Below, piece after piece: positions 1 to 9,096 of a stretch of 50,440 nt of DNA. The notes below the pieces were generated by a model. The model did not search any database and had not been told where the DNA came from. It saw nothing but the letters and a program-made list of their open reading frames with translations. The DNA lies in assembly GCA_041660025.1 (NCBI GenBank), contig JBAZXD010000001.1:106059-156498 (forward strand), given 5' to 3'. Made by a program: the position numbers and the translations under genes. Source of the DNA: Minisyncoccota bacterium. Lineage in GTDB: Bacteria; Patescibacteriota; Minisyncoccia; Phycocordibacterales; Phycocordibacteraceae. Positions within the stretch are counted from its first letter, which is position 1. Each line of letters starts with the position of its first letter.

Positions 1-11
1 TCGCGCTCGTT

Positions 12-464
12 ATGCTCCTCGCTTCGGGAGCGTATCTTATGATGATCGGCCTGAACCGACACGCACAGAGCATCGCCACCGGCATCAATAACCTCTCCTT
101 CGCCGTCGAGACTATGACGCGTACCATCCGCACCGGCTCCCTCTACGATTGCGGAGGACTCGGCGATTGTCCAGGCGGCGCCGGCAGTTTCTCATTCAGG
201 AGCGTCGGCGGGGCAACCATTTCATACAGCCTCGCCGGATCGACGATACAAGAGACGATCGACGGTTCCGTACGGACACTTACTGACCCGTCGGTGAGCG
301 TCTCCTCGCTCACGTTCTACACCGAGGGCACCGAAAAGCCTCCGGCCGATTACCAGCAACCGCGCGTGACGATGATCATCTCAGGAACGGTCACCTACGG
401 GGCGGGGAAGGTAGAGCCGTTCACTATCGAGACTGGTGCGACGATGCGCGGAAGCGACCTATGA
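12..464 (+). CDS. Minor type IV pilin / pseudopilin-like protein (5' end probably outside the window)
   Basis: Frame is open to the window edge. Pilin-like body with Cys pair; first of three overlapping pilin-like ORFs. Confidence 0.7.
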   Translation: MLLASGAYLMMIGLNRHAQSIATGINNLSFAVETMTRTIRTGSLYDCGGLGDCPGGAGSFSFRSVGGATISYSLAGSTIQETIDGSVRTLTDPSVSVSSLTFYTEGTEKPPADYQQPRVTMIISGTVTYGAGKVEPFTIETGATMRGSDL

Positions 465-1126
465 GTATGAAGCGGTTCACTACCAAGCGAGTGAGTCAAA
501 AGAGAGATTCCGATTTCTCTTTTGCGAACGAGCGCAGGGAGCAAACCCAGCACTTTTCCTATAGTGCTGGGTTTACTCTTATTGAAACGATGGTCGCGGT
601 ATCAATCCTGACGCTCTCGGTCGCCGGCCCATTGTTCACGGCGAATCGTGCGATCGTTGCGGCGATGACCGCACGTGACCAGCTCACCGCCTCGTATCTC
701 GCGCAAGAGGGCATCGAATACGTGCGTGCGATGCGCGATAACGAATTCCTCGCTGCCTATCAGGCGGGTGGCTCAAGTGTTTCAAGTACTGCATGGACCA
801 ATTTCCTTACCGGTGGAGATGTCGCGTCCATAACGCAGTGTCGCGCGACGACCTGTACCCTCGACCCGGCGAGTCCTATGGGTACAGGGAGCGGCTTCTC
901 ACTCCAGCCGTGTACCGAGAGCGCGTGCACGCCTCTGTATTTGGCGAACAGCATTTATACGCAACAGAGCGAGATCGCGGGGGCGGTGAGGACGCCGTTC
1001 ACGCGCGTCATCCAGGCAATCAATGTTTCAGAGAGCGATGAACGCATCGTCTCGACCGTCTCCTGGAGCTATCACGGTATTCCGTATTCGGTAACGGTCT
1101 CCGATCACCTCACACCATGGCAATAA
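461..1126 (+). CDS. Type IV prepilin (PilV-like) with class III signal peptide
   Basis: G|FTLIETMVAVSILTLSV cleavage/methylation motif with E5; ATGA overlap with the upstream ORF. Confidence 0.9.
   Translation: MSMKRFTTKRVSQKRDSDFSFANERREQTQHFSYSAGFTLIETMVAVSILTLSVAGPLFTANRAIVAAMTARDQLTASYLAQEGIEYVRAMRDNEFLAAYQAGGSSVSSTAWTNFLTGGDVASITQCRATTCTLDPASPMGTGSGFSLQPCTESACTPLYLANSIYTQQSEIAGAVRTPFTRVIQAINVSESDERIVSTVSWSYHGIPYSVTVSDHLTPWQ
486..574. repeat. Two-hairpin palindromic insert in the prepilin leader
   Basis: Stems 497-508/513-524 (CAAAAGAGAGAT/ATTTCTCTTTTG, one G-T pair) and 543-554/563-574 (AAACCCAGCACT/AGTGCTGGGTTT). Confidence 0.75.
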
Positions 1127-1608
1127 AAAAAACACAGCGAGGGTTCGCGCTCCTTATCGCCGTCATCTTTATGTCGGTGATGCTCTCGTTCGGTCTCGCG
1201 CTCGGCTCGCTCGGATATAAACAGCAGGTGCTCGCCTCCTCAGCCGTCGAATCGCAATACGCCTTTTATGCCGCCGACGCCGCGCTCGAGTGCGCGCTCT
1301 ACGCCGACCAACAACAGAACCTGTTCTCCTATCCTTCGCCCGCGCCTCCCTCCGCGCCCGCGATGCTCTGCGACGCGGTCGCCCCTGTTTCCGCAGAGAT
1401 CCTTTCGTACACGCCGTCCCGCTGGGTCGTCGCAACGCGCCTCTCGCTCGACGCGGGGAGACGATGTGCGGACGTGACGATCTATAAGCCAGCCCCCGGC
1501 TCGGGGACGACCTACCTTTTCTCGCAGGGATATGACGTCCCCTGCGCTACGGTGAGTAGTCCTGACGGAGCACGATTCGTGTCTCGCGGCTTACGAGCGC
1601 ATTATTAG
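1117..1608 (+). CDS. PilX/GspK-like minor pilin
   Basis: KKTQRG|FALLIAVIFM class III signal lacking E5, as in PilX/GspK-type subunits. Confidence 0.75.
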   Translation: MAIKKTQRGFALLIAVIFMSVMLSFGLALGSLGYKQQVLASSAVESQYAFYAADAALECALYADQQQNLFSYPSPAPPSAPAMLCDAVAPVSAEILSYTPSRWVVATRLSLDAGRRCADVTIYKPAPGSGTTYLFSQGYDVPCATVSSPDGARFVSRGLRAHY

Positions 1609-1645
1609 CTTCGTCCGCGGCCGCAGTTTGGTATAGTGGCGGCAT

Positions 1646-3643
1646 ATGGCGGCTCCGAAGAAAGCGAACGAGCGAGCGGCGAAACTGCGCGATCTGCTCG
1701 CGCACCACGCGCATCGCTACTACACCCTGGATGCCCCGGAGATATCCGACAGCGCCTATGATGCGCTCTATCACGAGCTCCTCGAGCTCGAAGAGCGGTA
1801 CCCCGAACTCTCGCATACCCGTTCGGTCACGAAGCGCATTGTGGGCGACGCGCTCCCGGAACTCAAGAAGGTGCGGCACACGGTGCCGCAATGGTCGTTT
1901 ACTGATGCATTCACCGAAGAAGAGGCGCGCGCATTCGACGAGCGCGTGCGAAAAGTAAGCGGCACCGTACCCGCCTACGACCTTGAACTGAAGATCGACG
2001 GGTTGAAGATCGTCTTCACCTATGAAAAAGGCGTGCTCACCACGGCGGCGACCCGTGGCGACGGCGAGGTCGGCGAAGACGTCACCCACAACATTCGCAC
2101 CATACGGGAGATACCAGAGCGCCTCACGCGACCCGTCGACCTTATCGCCGAAGGCGAGGTGTATCTTACGCGCTCCGGATTTGCGGAGCTGAACGAGCTT
2201 CGCCGGAAGAGGAGTGAGCCGCTATTCGCGAATCCGCGCAACGCTGCCGCCGGTTCTATCCGCCAGCTGGACCCGAAGGTCGCGGCCGCTCGGCCGCTCG
2301 GCGCGTTTCTCTATGACGTCGCGCGCACCTCTGAGCCATCCCCAAAGACGCAGAGCGAGGAACTCGCATATCTCACCGGGCTCGGATTGCCGGTGAATCC
2401 CGAACACCAGCACGCGGATTCTCTCGAAGAAGTCTTCGCTTATTGGCGGAAGTGGCAGGGAAGCGCGAGAGAGAAGGTTGATTACCAGATCGACGGCATC
2501 GTGCTGAAGGTCGAAAGCCGCCTCGCACAGGAAACGCTCGGCTACACCGGCAAGGCGCCGCGCTTCGCTATCGCGTATAAGTTCCCGCCGGAGCAGGTGC
2601 AGACGATACTTGAAGACATCACGCTTCAGGTAGGGCGCACAGGGAAGCTCACGCCGGTCGCGCACCTGCGAAGCGTCGCGGTCGCGGGCTCTATCGTTTC
2701 TCGCGCGACCCTGCACAACGAGGATTTCATCAAGGAAAAAGACATTCGCATTGGCGATACGGTCATCCTCCAGAAGGCGGGCGACGTCATCCCCGAGATC
2801 GTCGCGGTCATACCAGAGTTGCGCTCGAAGGGTGCAAAAGCGTGGAAGTTTCCGACACACTCGCCTCTGTGCGGCGGCGACGGGAGCGTCGAGCGCGTTC
2901 CCGGCGAAGCGGCGCATTGCTGTTCGGTCGCCGGCTCCTTCGAGCAACAGGCGCGCAAGCTCATTCACTTCGCGGGGAAGCACGCGCTCGATATCGGCGG
3001 GATGGGGAAGGAGACAGTGCGGCTTCTGATGGAACAGAATCTCATTTCGGATTTTGACGATATTTTCGAACTGACGAAGGACGAACTGCTCGCACTCGAG
3101 GGATTCGAAGAAACGAAAGCGAACAAACTCATACGGGCGATTACGACGGCGAAGAAAGTTCCGTTCGACCGGCTCTTGATAGGCCTCGGTATTCCGCATG
3201 TCGGCGGCGAGACGGCGTATCTCCTCGCAACGCGTTTCGGGACGCTCGCCGCGCTTCGCGCGGCGAAAGAGGAGCTTCTTTCAAACATAGACGGTATCGG
3301 TCCTATCATCGGACACTCAGTGTCAGCGTGGTTTACCGACGCGGATAACCGCGCGCTTTTGGCTCGGCTCGGTAAGCACCTGAAGGTACAAAAGGTCGTT
3401 GCCCCGTCGAAAGGTCCCCTGACCGATCAGACGGTGGTCATTACCGGCACCTTGCCGACGCTCTCGCGCGAAGAGGCGGAAGCAATGGTGCGAAGAGCGG
3501 GAGGGAAGCCCGCGAGCACGGTCTCGGCGAAGACCTCATTCGTCGTCGCGGGCGAGAACCCGGGCAGTAAGTTCGACACGGCGAAAAAACTCGGGGTCCG
3601 CGTCCTCACCGAAGCCGAATTCCTCAAAAAACTGGGGGCGTGA
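1646..3643 (+). CDS. ligA: NAD-dependent DNA ligase
   Basis: ELKIDG adenylation motif, TRGDG, C-terminal BRCT (VVITGTL...SAKTSFVVAGENPGSK). Confidence 0.98.
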   Translation: MAAPKKANERAAKLRDLLAHHAHRYYTLDAPEISDSAYDALYHELLELEERYPELSHTRSVTKRIVGDALPELKKVRHTVPQWSFTDAFTEEEARAFDERVRKVSGTVPAYDLELKIDGLKIVFTYEKGVLTTAATRGDGEVGEDVTHNIRTIREIPERLTRPVDLIAEGEVYLTRSGFAELNELRRKRSEPLFANPRNAAAGSIRQLDPKVAAARPLGAFLYDVARTSEPSPKTQSEELAYLTGLGLPVNPEHQHADSLEEVFAYWRKWQGSAREKVDYQIDGIVLKVESRLAQETLGYTGKAPRFAIAYKFPPEQVQTILEDITLQVGRTGKLTPVAHLRSVAVAGSIVSRATLHNEDFIKEKDIRIGDTVILQKAGDVIPEIVAVIPELRSKGAKAWKFPTHSPLCGGDGSVERVPGEAAHCCSVAGSFEQQARKLIHFAGKHALDIGGMGKETVRLLMEQNLISDFDDIFELTKDELLALEGFEETKANKLIRAITTAKKVPFDRLLIGLGIPHVGGETAYLLATRFGTLAALRAAKEELLSNIDGIGPIIGHSVSAWFTDADNRALLARLGKHLKVQKVVAPSKGPLTDQTVVITGTLPTLSREEAEAMVRRAGGKPASTVSAKTSFVVAGENPGSKFDTAKKLGVRVLTEAEFLKKLGA

Positions 3644-3656
3644 TAGAGTTTAAGGA

Positions 3657-3947
3657 ATGGCGACGACAGAAGAAGTGAAGAAGCTCGCGGCGCTCGCGCG
3701 CATCAGGATAGACGACGCGGAACTCGCGAAGTTCACGAGTGAATTCGACGCGATACTCGCGTACGTCGGACAGCTAGAGAAGCTGGAGGTGCCGGGCGGC
3801 GATAAGGCGAAGCCCGCACTGCGTAATGTCCTGCGCGCGGACGGCGAACCGCACGCGGCGGGGAGGCATACCGAGAAGCTCGCGGAACAATTTCCCGCGC
3901 GTGAGGGCGACGCGCTCTCGGTGAAGCAGATTATTTCTCATGAGTAA
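3657..3947 (+). CDS. gatC: Asp/Glu-tRNA amidotransferase subunit C
   Basis: EVKKLAALARI N-terminus, 96 aa, overlaps the gatA start. Confidence 0.92.
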   Translation: MATTEEVKKLAALARIRIDDAELAKFTSEFDAILAYVGQLEKLEVPGGDKAKPALRNVLRADGEPHAAGRHTEKLAEQFPAREGDALSVKQIISHE

Positions 3948-5373
3948 ACCGAATGAGATGACGATTGGAGAGGCCGCCCGCGCCCTGCGGGCGCGGGAAC
4001 TCACGGTACGCGAGCTCTGGGACGCCTGCGTAGCGGCCGCGCAGGCGCGGAATCCAGAACTAAATGCGTATCTGGAGATTTTTCCCGCTGACGATATAGC
4101 GATTGGGTCGGCGCAGAAGCGCATTGATGCAAACGATGCGTCGCTCCTCGTCGGCATCCCGCTCGCCATTAAGGACAATATCTTGATAGAAGGGAAGATT
4201 GCGAGCGCCGCGAGCAAGATGCTCGAGAATTACCGCGCGACGTATGACGCGACCGTGATCTCGAGGTTGAGGGCCGCGGGGGCTCTTTTCATAGGTCGTA
4301 CCAATATGGACGAGTTCGCGATGGGCGGCTCGACCGAGCACTCTGCGTTCGGCAGGACGTTGAATCCACACGACACGTCCCGTGTGCCGGGCGGCTCCTC
4401 CGGCGGCTCCGCCGCTGCGGTCGCAGCTCACCTCTGCATCGCCGCCCTGGGCTCAGACACCGGTGGTTCCATCCGCCAGCCGGCGGCATACACTGGTCTC
4501 GTCGGGTTGAAGCCGACCTACGGCGCCGTCTCGCGCTCGGGGCTCATCGCGATGGGCTCGTCGCTCGACCAGATCGGCCCTTTGGCAAAGACGGTCGAGG
4601 ATGCTCGGATCCTGCAGGAAGCGATTTCCGGCATTGACCAGCTCGACTCGACGACCATCCCCGCCGGTCTTTATCCCGCGCGCGAAGCGGGGACCGCGAT
4701 GCGCATCGGCGTCCCGCGACACCTGCTCGCCGAGGGCGTCACGGCAGAAGTGCGCGCTGCGTTCGACGCTATGCTTGACTCACTCGCGCGCGCCGGGCAC
4801 ACGCTCGTCGATATCGAATTGCCGACGAGTACGTACGCGCTCGCGTCGTATTACGTGGTGATGCCGGCCGAGGTCTCGACGAACCTCGCACGGCTCGACG
4901 GTATGCGCTACGGCCTCTTTAAGCGCGGCGACACCCTGCTCGACGATTATCTGCTTTCTCGTACCGAAGGCTTCGGCCCCGAGACGCGCCGCCGCATCCT
5001 GCTCGGCACTTTCGTGCTCTCCTCGGGCTACATTGATGCGTATTATCGGAAGGCTACCCGGGTACGCGATGTACTACGGAACGAATATAACGAAGCGTTT
5101 CAGGCGTGCGACGTTGTCGCCTTCCCGACGACGCCCGCGCCGGCATTCGTTCTCGGTGAGAAGAGTGACCCGCTCTCGATGTATCTTGAAGACGTGTTTA
5201 CCGTTACTGCGAACCTTACCGGTATGCCGGCACTTTCCGTCCCGATGGGTTTTGTGGAACGGGAAGGTAAAAAGCTTCCCGTCGGCATTCACTTCACTGC
5301 GCCGCACCAAGCAGAGAATATTCTTTTCGCTATTGGGGACACAGTAGAGCGCACTACTAAGTCCGCGGCATAA
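3940..5373 (+). CDS. gatA: Asp/Glu-tRNA amidotransferase subunit A
   Basis: Amidase signature GGSSGGSAAAV, DTGGSIRQPA, TNMDEFAMG. Confidence 0.97.
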   Translation: MSKPNEMTIGEAARALRARELTVRELWDACVAAAQARNPELNAYLEIFPADDIAIGSAQKRIDANDASLLVGIPLAIKDNILIEGKIASAASKMLENYRATYDATVISRLRAAGALFIGRTNMDEFAMGGSTEHSAFGRTLNPHDTSRVPGGSSGGSAAAVAAHLCIAALGSDTGGSIRQPAAYTGLVGLKPTYGAVSRSGLIAMGSSLDQIGPLAKTVEDARILQEAISGIDQLDSTTIPAGLYPAREAGTAMRIGVPRHLLAEGVTAEVRAAFDAMLDSLARAGHTLVDIELPTSTYALASYYVVMPAEVSTNLARLDGMRYGLFKRGDTLLDDYLLSRTEGFGPETRRRILLGTFVLSSGYIDAYYRKATRVRDVLRNEYNEAFQACDVVAFPTTPAPAFVLGEKSDPLSMYLEDVFTVTANLTGMPALSVPMGFVEREGKKLPVGIHFTAPHQAENILFAIGDTVERTTKSAA

Positions 5374-5398
5374 CTTTTTTCGTTTATACTAGGTGCAT

Positions 5399-5968
5399 AT
5401 GCAGGCAAACGTCGAATACTGGTTTCGCCTCCTCTATGAATGCATCTACGGCGCCTGCTACGGCTCGGTCGACACCGCCGGATTCGCCGCGTGGCTCGCG
5501 CATCTCTGGCTCTGGATCATCGCCGTCGGCTACATCCTCGCGATCCTCGGGCTCTTTGTCATCGTGTACTGCACAATGCGCCTCTTCGAACTGCGCAAGC
5601 GCGAGGAGGAGTTCTATAAGACCCTCATCATACCGCCCGAAGCGCCGGGCGGTATGCACCCGCGCTGGGAACACATCCAGATGCTCGTGGAGGGGAATAG
5701 CCCGAGCGAGTGGCGCGAGGCGAGCATCGAGGCGGACATTATGCTCGACGACGTGCTCGCGAAGCGGGGATACGTCGGCGTCGGCGTTGGTGAAAAGTTG
5801 AAGAGCGTCGACGAGGCGGAACTCGCGACGCTTCAGGACGCGTGGGAGGCGCACAAGGTGCGCAATCAGATAGCGCATCAAGGTTCCACGTTCGATCTCT
5901 CCGAGACGCTCGCGCGCCGCACCATCGCGCACTACGACGCCGTCTTCCGCGAATTGAAAGTGATATAG
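5399..5968 (+). CDS. Membrane-anchored hypothetical protein with C-terminal RxxxxH (HEPN-like) motif
   Basis: One hydrophobic segment, then WEAHKVRNQIAH. ATG 5399 chosen over GTG 5393 because TATACT lies at 5385-5390. Confidence 0.7.
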   Translation: MQANVEYWFRLLYECIYGACYGSVDTAGFAAWLAHLWLWIIAVGYILAILGLFVIVYCTMRLFELRKREEEFYKTLIIPPEAPGGMHPRWEHIQMLVEGNSPSEWREASIEADIMLDDVLAKRGYVGVGVGEKLKSVDEAELATLQDAWEAHKVRNQIAHQGSTFDLSETLARRTIAHYDAVFRELKVI

Positions 5969-6037
5969 GAACAAATTGTTTTCTCGCTTTTGGAATGCGT
6001 TTGCCTCCTGTATTTTGTTGGAGTATAGTGTCGTAAT

Positions 6038-6108
6038 AGCGGGGTAGAGGAGAGGTACCTCGGGAGGCTCATAACCTCCAGACGCCGGTTCGATTCCGGC
6101 CCCCGCAA
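6038..6108 (+). tRNA. tRNA-Met(CAT), probable initiator
   Basis: Cloverleaf: GCGGGG/CCCCGC acceptor with unpaired A1-A72, anticodon stem GGAGG/CCTCC with loop CTCATAA, T arm GCCGG-TTCGATT-CCGGC. Promoter TTGCCT-17-TATAGT at 6001-6029. Confidence 0.93.
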
Positions 6109-6115
6109 CAAGCAA

Positions 6116-6145
6116 GCAAAAGTCCGGCGTACGCCGGACTTTTGC
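6116..6145. terminator. Perfect 30-bp palindrome, probable terminator after the tRNA
   Basis: GCAAAAGTCCGGCGT|ACGCCGGACTTTTGC. Confidence 0.8.
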
Positions 6146-6190
6146 GTTGTGTAGCAGTTTCTATAAAACCCTTTTAAATGGCGGTTATTG

Positions 6191-6217
6191 AACGGCTCAG
6201 ACGGGGTCTGAGCCGTT
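6191..6217. repeat. REP-like palindrome family 1, copy 1
   Basis: AACGGCTCAGAC-GGG-GTCTGAGCCGTT; recurs at 34182-34216 and 42405-42449. Confidence 0.9.
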
Positions 6218-6233
6218 TGGTACACTACCCGGT

Positions 6234-6620
6234 ATGAACCGCGAGGAGTTTGAAAAATTAGTAGAGGAGGGGTTTTTGCTTATTCCGGAGCAGTTCCGCG
6301 CGAAGATACGGAACGTCGCGCTTCTGGTCGAGGACGAGCCGTCGCGGGAGGTGCGGGAGCGGGAAGGGCTCTCAGGCGATGAGACACTGCTCGGCTTGTA
6401 TCAGGGCATCCCGAATACGGCGCGCGGCGACTCCTATGGTGTTGGCCCCACGCTCCCCGATACCATCACGCTCTACCAGTTGCCGATAGAGGAGGCGGCT
6501 CGCGAAGACGGGGAGGATGTTCGGAAGGTTATCGCCGAGACCATTTGGCACGAATATGCCCACTACTTCGGTATGGACGAAGAGGAGGTGCGATTCCGCG
6601 AGGATTTGCGCGAGTCGTGA
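6234..6620 (+). CDS. Minimal zincin-like metallopeptidase family protein
   Basis: HEYAH zinc motif, LLGLYQG, PDTITLY. Confidence 0.85.
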   Translation: MNREEFEKLVEEGFLLIPEQFRAKIRNVALLVEDEPSREVREREGLSGDETLLGLYQGIPNTARGDSYGVGPTLPDTITLYQLPIEEAAREDGEDVRKVIAETIWHEYAHYFGMDEEEVRFREDLRES

Positions 6621-6621
6621 T

Positions 6622-7623
6622 TTACGCGACGACGTTCGCGGGCGTTCCGGCGGCGAACTTCTGGATGTTCTCGATCGTCGCGTTGAGGATGCGTTCGACG
6701 GCCTCCTGCGTATTGAAAGCGAGGTGCGGCGTGACGATGACGCGCGGGTGCTCGATGAGGTAGTGATTCTCGAGGGTGACCTTCAGCGCCTCTGCATTCG
6801 GGTGCGGGGCGGTGAGGAGCTTCATCTCGTCGTTCAGCTCGCCCTCTTCTTCGAGTACGTCGAGCGCGGCGCCGGCGAGACTGCCGCTTGTGAGCGCATC
6901 GACGAGTGCCTGCGTCTCGACGACCGCGCCGCGGGCGGTGTTGATGAGGTACGCGCCTTTCTTGAGACTGCCGATATTCTCACGATTAATAAGATGATGC
7001 GTCTGCGGGTTGTACGGGACGTGGAGCGTGACGATGTCGGAGGCCGCAAGCAACTCCGGCAGGGAGACGTAGGAGAAGTCGAGCGTGTGAGAGAGCTCGG
7101 CATTCGGGAAGGCGTCGAACCCGACGACCTGCATACCGAATCCTTTGCTCATACGAATAACGTGCGCACCGATGTGCCCGGTGCCGACGACGCCGATGGT
7201 CTTACCGGCGAGGTCGAAGCCGCGGAGCCCGGCGGGCGAGAACGCGCCGCCCCTCACGCGTTCATCGGCGTCGATGATGCGGCGCGAGAGCGCCAAGAGG
7301 AGCGCGAAGGCGAACTCGGCGACCGTGTTCTCGCCGTAGAACGGGACGTTCGCGACCGCGATGCCGCGTGCCTTCGCAGCGGCAAGGTCGATATGGTCGA
7401 AGCCGGTCGAGCGGGTGGCGATGAGCTTCAATGCCGGGAATCGCTGCATCTCCGCCTCGCCGATAGGGGATTCTATGAAAGCGCAGAGCACCTCTGCTTG
7501 CGGGTCGGCGAAGTCGGGGGATGCGGCAACGGTCTCCGAGTGGAACGTGATGTCGTGTCCGGTGAGCCTCGTGCGCACAAACTCCTCTTCCCACGCCTCG
7601 CCCGAAAAGTAATGGATATGCAT
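6622..7623 (-). CDS. D-isomer-specific 2-hydroxyacid dehydrogenase (LdhA-like)
   Basis: RSTGFDHID, GTGHIG Rossmann motif, INTARG, TPHLAF; second Met of the ORF taken as start. Confidence 0.93.
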   Translation of the reverse strand: MHIHYFSGEAWEEEFVRTRLTGHDITFHSETVAASPDFADPQAEVLCAFIESPIGEAEMQRFPALKLIATRSTGFDHIDLAAAKARGIAVANVPFYGENTVAEFAFALLLALSRRIIDADERVRGGAFSPAGLRGFDLAGKTIGVVGTGHIGAHVIRMSKGFGMQVVGFDAFPNAELSHTLDFSYVSLPELLAASDIVTLHVPYNPQTHHLINRENIGSLKKGAYLINTARGAVVETQALVDALTSGSLAGAALDVLEEEGELNDEMKLLTAPHPNAEALKVTLENHYLIEHPRVIVTPHLAFNTQEAVERILNATIENIQKFAAGTPANVVA

Positions 7624-7674
7624 AAAAGGTATAGTACAATATATCACTATAGAACCGCATAGTAAGTAAAAATT

Positions 7675-9096
7675 TTGGAAATGGAAAAGTACGCATTCGA
7701 CGGCAAGATCCTTATCGTAGGATTCGGGAGTATCGGGCAGGGCGTGTTACCGCTCCTGCTCCGACATTTCAGCACGCCGCCCGAGAATATCACCATCGTT
7801 ACCGCCGACACGCGGGGCGAGGAGGTCGCCCGTGAATACGGCGTCCGCTTCGTCGTCGATCCTCTCGTCCCCGAGAATTACGAAGGAATCGTGGGACGGC
7901 ACATCGGAAGGGGTGATTTCCTCCTGAACGTCTCGGTGGACGTCTCCTCGGCCACGCTTATCGAATACTGCCAGAAGAACGGTATTCTCTACCTCGATAC
8001 CGTCGTCGAGCCGTGGGTCGGCTATTACACCGACCCGTCGCTCTCGGTCTCACAGCGTTCGAATTATGCGCTCCGCGAAGAGGCGCTCGCGCTCCGTTCG
8101 CTCTCCCTAGAGGGACCGCGCCCGACCGCGGTAATCGCACACGGCGCGAACCCGGGTCTTGTTTCTCACTTCGTCAAACAGGCGCTCCTCAATATCGCGG
8201 AAGACACCGGAGTAAAAACGGACATGCCGAAGACGCGCGAGGAATGGGCACGACTCGCGATGGAACTCGGCGTGAAGGTCATCCACATCGCCGAACGGGA
8301 TACGCAGGAGTCATCAGTACCGAAGAAAATAGGCGAGTTCGTCAATACCTGGTCCATTGACGGGTTTTATTCAGAAGGCAGTCAGCCGTCGGAGATGGGC
8401 TGGGGCACGCACGAAAAGACCATTCCCGCGGATGGTCGAGAACACGATTTCGGCTCGCGCTGTGCCATCTATCTGGAACGTCCGAGCTTTATGACGAAAG
8501 CGCGGAGCTGGACCCCTACCTCAAAAGCTCAGCAGGGGTGGGTCATCACGCACCACGAATCCATCTCTATCGCCGATTACCTGACGGTACTGGAGGGCGG
8601 CAAAGCCGTGTATCGGCCAACGGTACATTATGCGTATCACCCGTGCGACGGCGCCGTACTCTCGCTCGACGAGCTCGCGGCTAATAACGGCATCCTACAG
8701 GAAGAACAGCGACTCATCGGCGACGATATCCTCCCCGGCGGGGTCGACGAGCTCGGCGTTCTCCTTATGGGACACGCGAAGGGCGCGTACTGGTACGGCT
8801 CGCGCCTCTCCATCGACGACGCACGTCGGCTCGCGCCGCACAACAACGCGACCGGACTCCAGGTAACATCGAGCATCATCGGCGCGATGGTCTGGGCGAT
8901 CGAGAACCCGACTTCGGGCATCGTGGACGCCGACGAGATGGATCACGAGCTCCTGATGAAGATCGCGCGGCCGTATCTCGGCGAAGTGTTCGGCGAGTAC
9001 ACCGACTGGACGCCGATAGAAGGTCGCGGGAAGTTGTTCCCCGAGCACTTTGACGCTGAAGACCCGTGGCAGTTCGAAAATTTCAGAGTGTCCTGA
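7675..9096 (+). CDS. hss: Homospermidine synthase
   Basis: GFGSIG Rossmann motif, HGANPGLVSHFVKQAL, FVNTWSIDG, YWYGSRLSI, NATGLQV. Start may be 7681. Confidence 0.92.
   Translation: MEMEKYAFDGKILIVGFGSIGQGVLPLLLRHFSTPPENITIVTADTRGEEVAREYGVRFVVDPLVPENYEGIVGRHIGRGDFLLNVSVDVSSATLIEYCQKNGILYLDTVVEPWVGYYTDPSLSVSQRSNYALREEALALRSLSLEGPRPTAVIAHGANPGLVSHFVKQALLNIAEDTGVKTDMPKTREEWARLAMELGVKVIHIAERDTQESSVPKKIGEFVNTWSIDGFYSEGSQPSEMGWGTHEKTIPADGREHDFGSRCAIYLERPSFMTKARSWTPTSKAQQGWVITHHESISIADYLTVLEGGKAVYRPTVHYAYHPCDGAVLSLDELAANNGILQEEQRLIGDDILPGGVDELGVLLMGHAKGAYWYGSRLSIDDARRLAPHNNATGLQVTSSIIGAMVWAIENPTSGIVDADEMDHELLMKIARPYLGEVFGEYTDWTPIEGRGKLFPEHFDAEDPWQFENFRVS

Noticed and set aside
1125-1132. A8 run at the start of the PilX-like gene as a phase-variation tract
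   Set aside because: Short, in frame, and encodes the basic residues expected in a class III signal peptide; no evidence of slippage.
5384-6115. 243-aa minus-strand ORF
   Set aside because: Antisense to tRNA-Met and the 5399-5968 gene; the N-terminus is just the reverse complement of the tRNA.
6517-7662. Long antisense ORFs here and opposite ligA, the ABC exporter and the ABC-F gene
   Set aside because: Expected shadows in high-GC coding DNA; no motifs, and each fully overlaps a well-supported gene.
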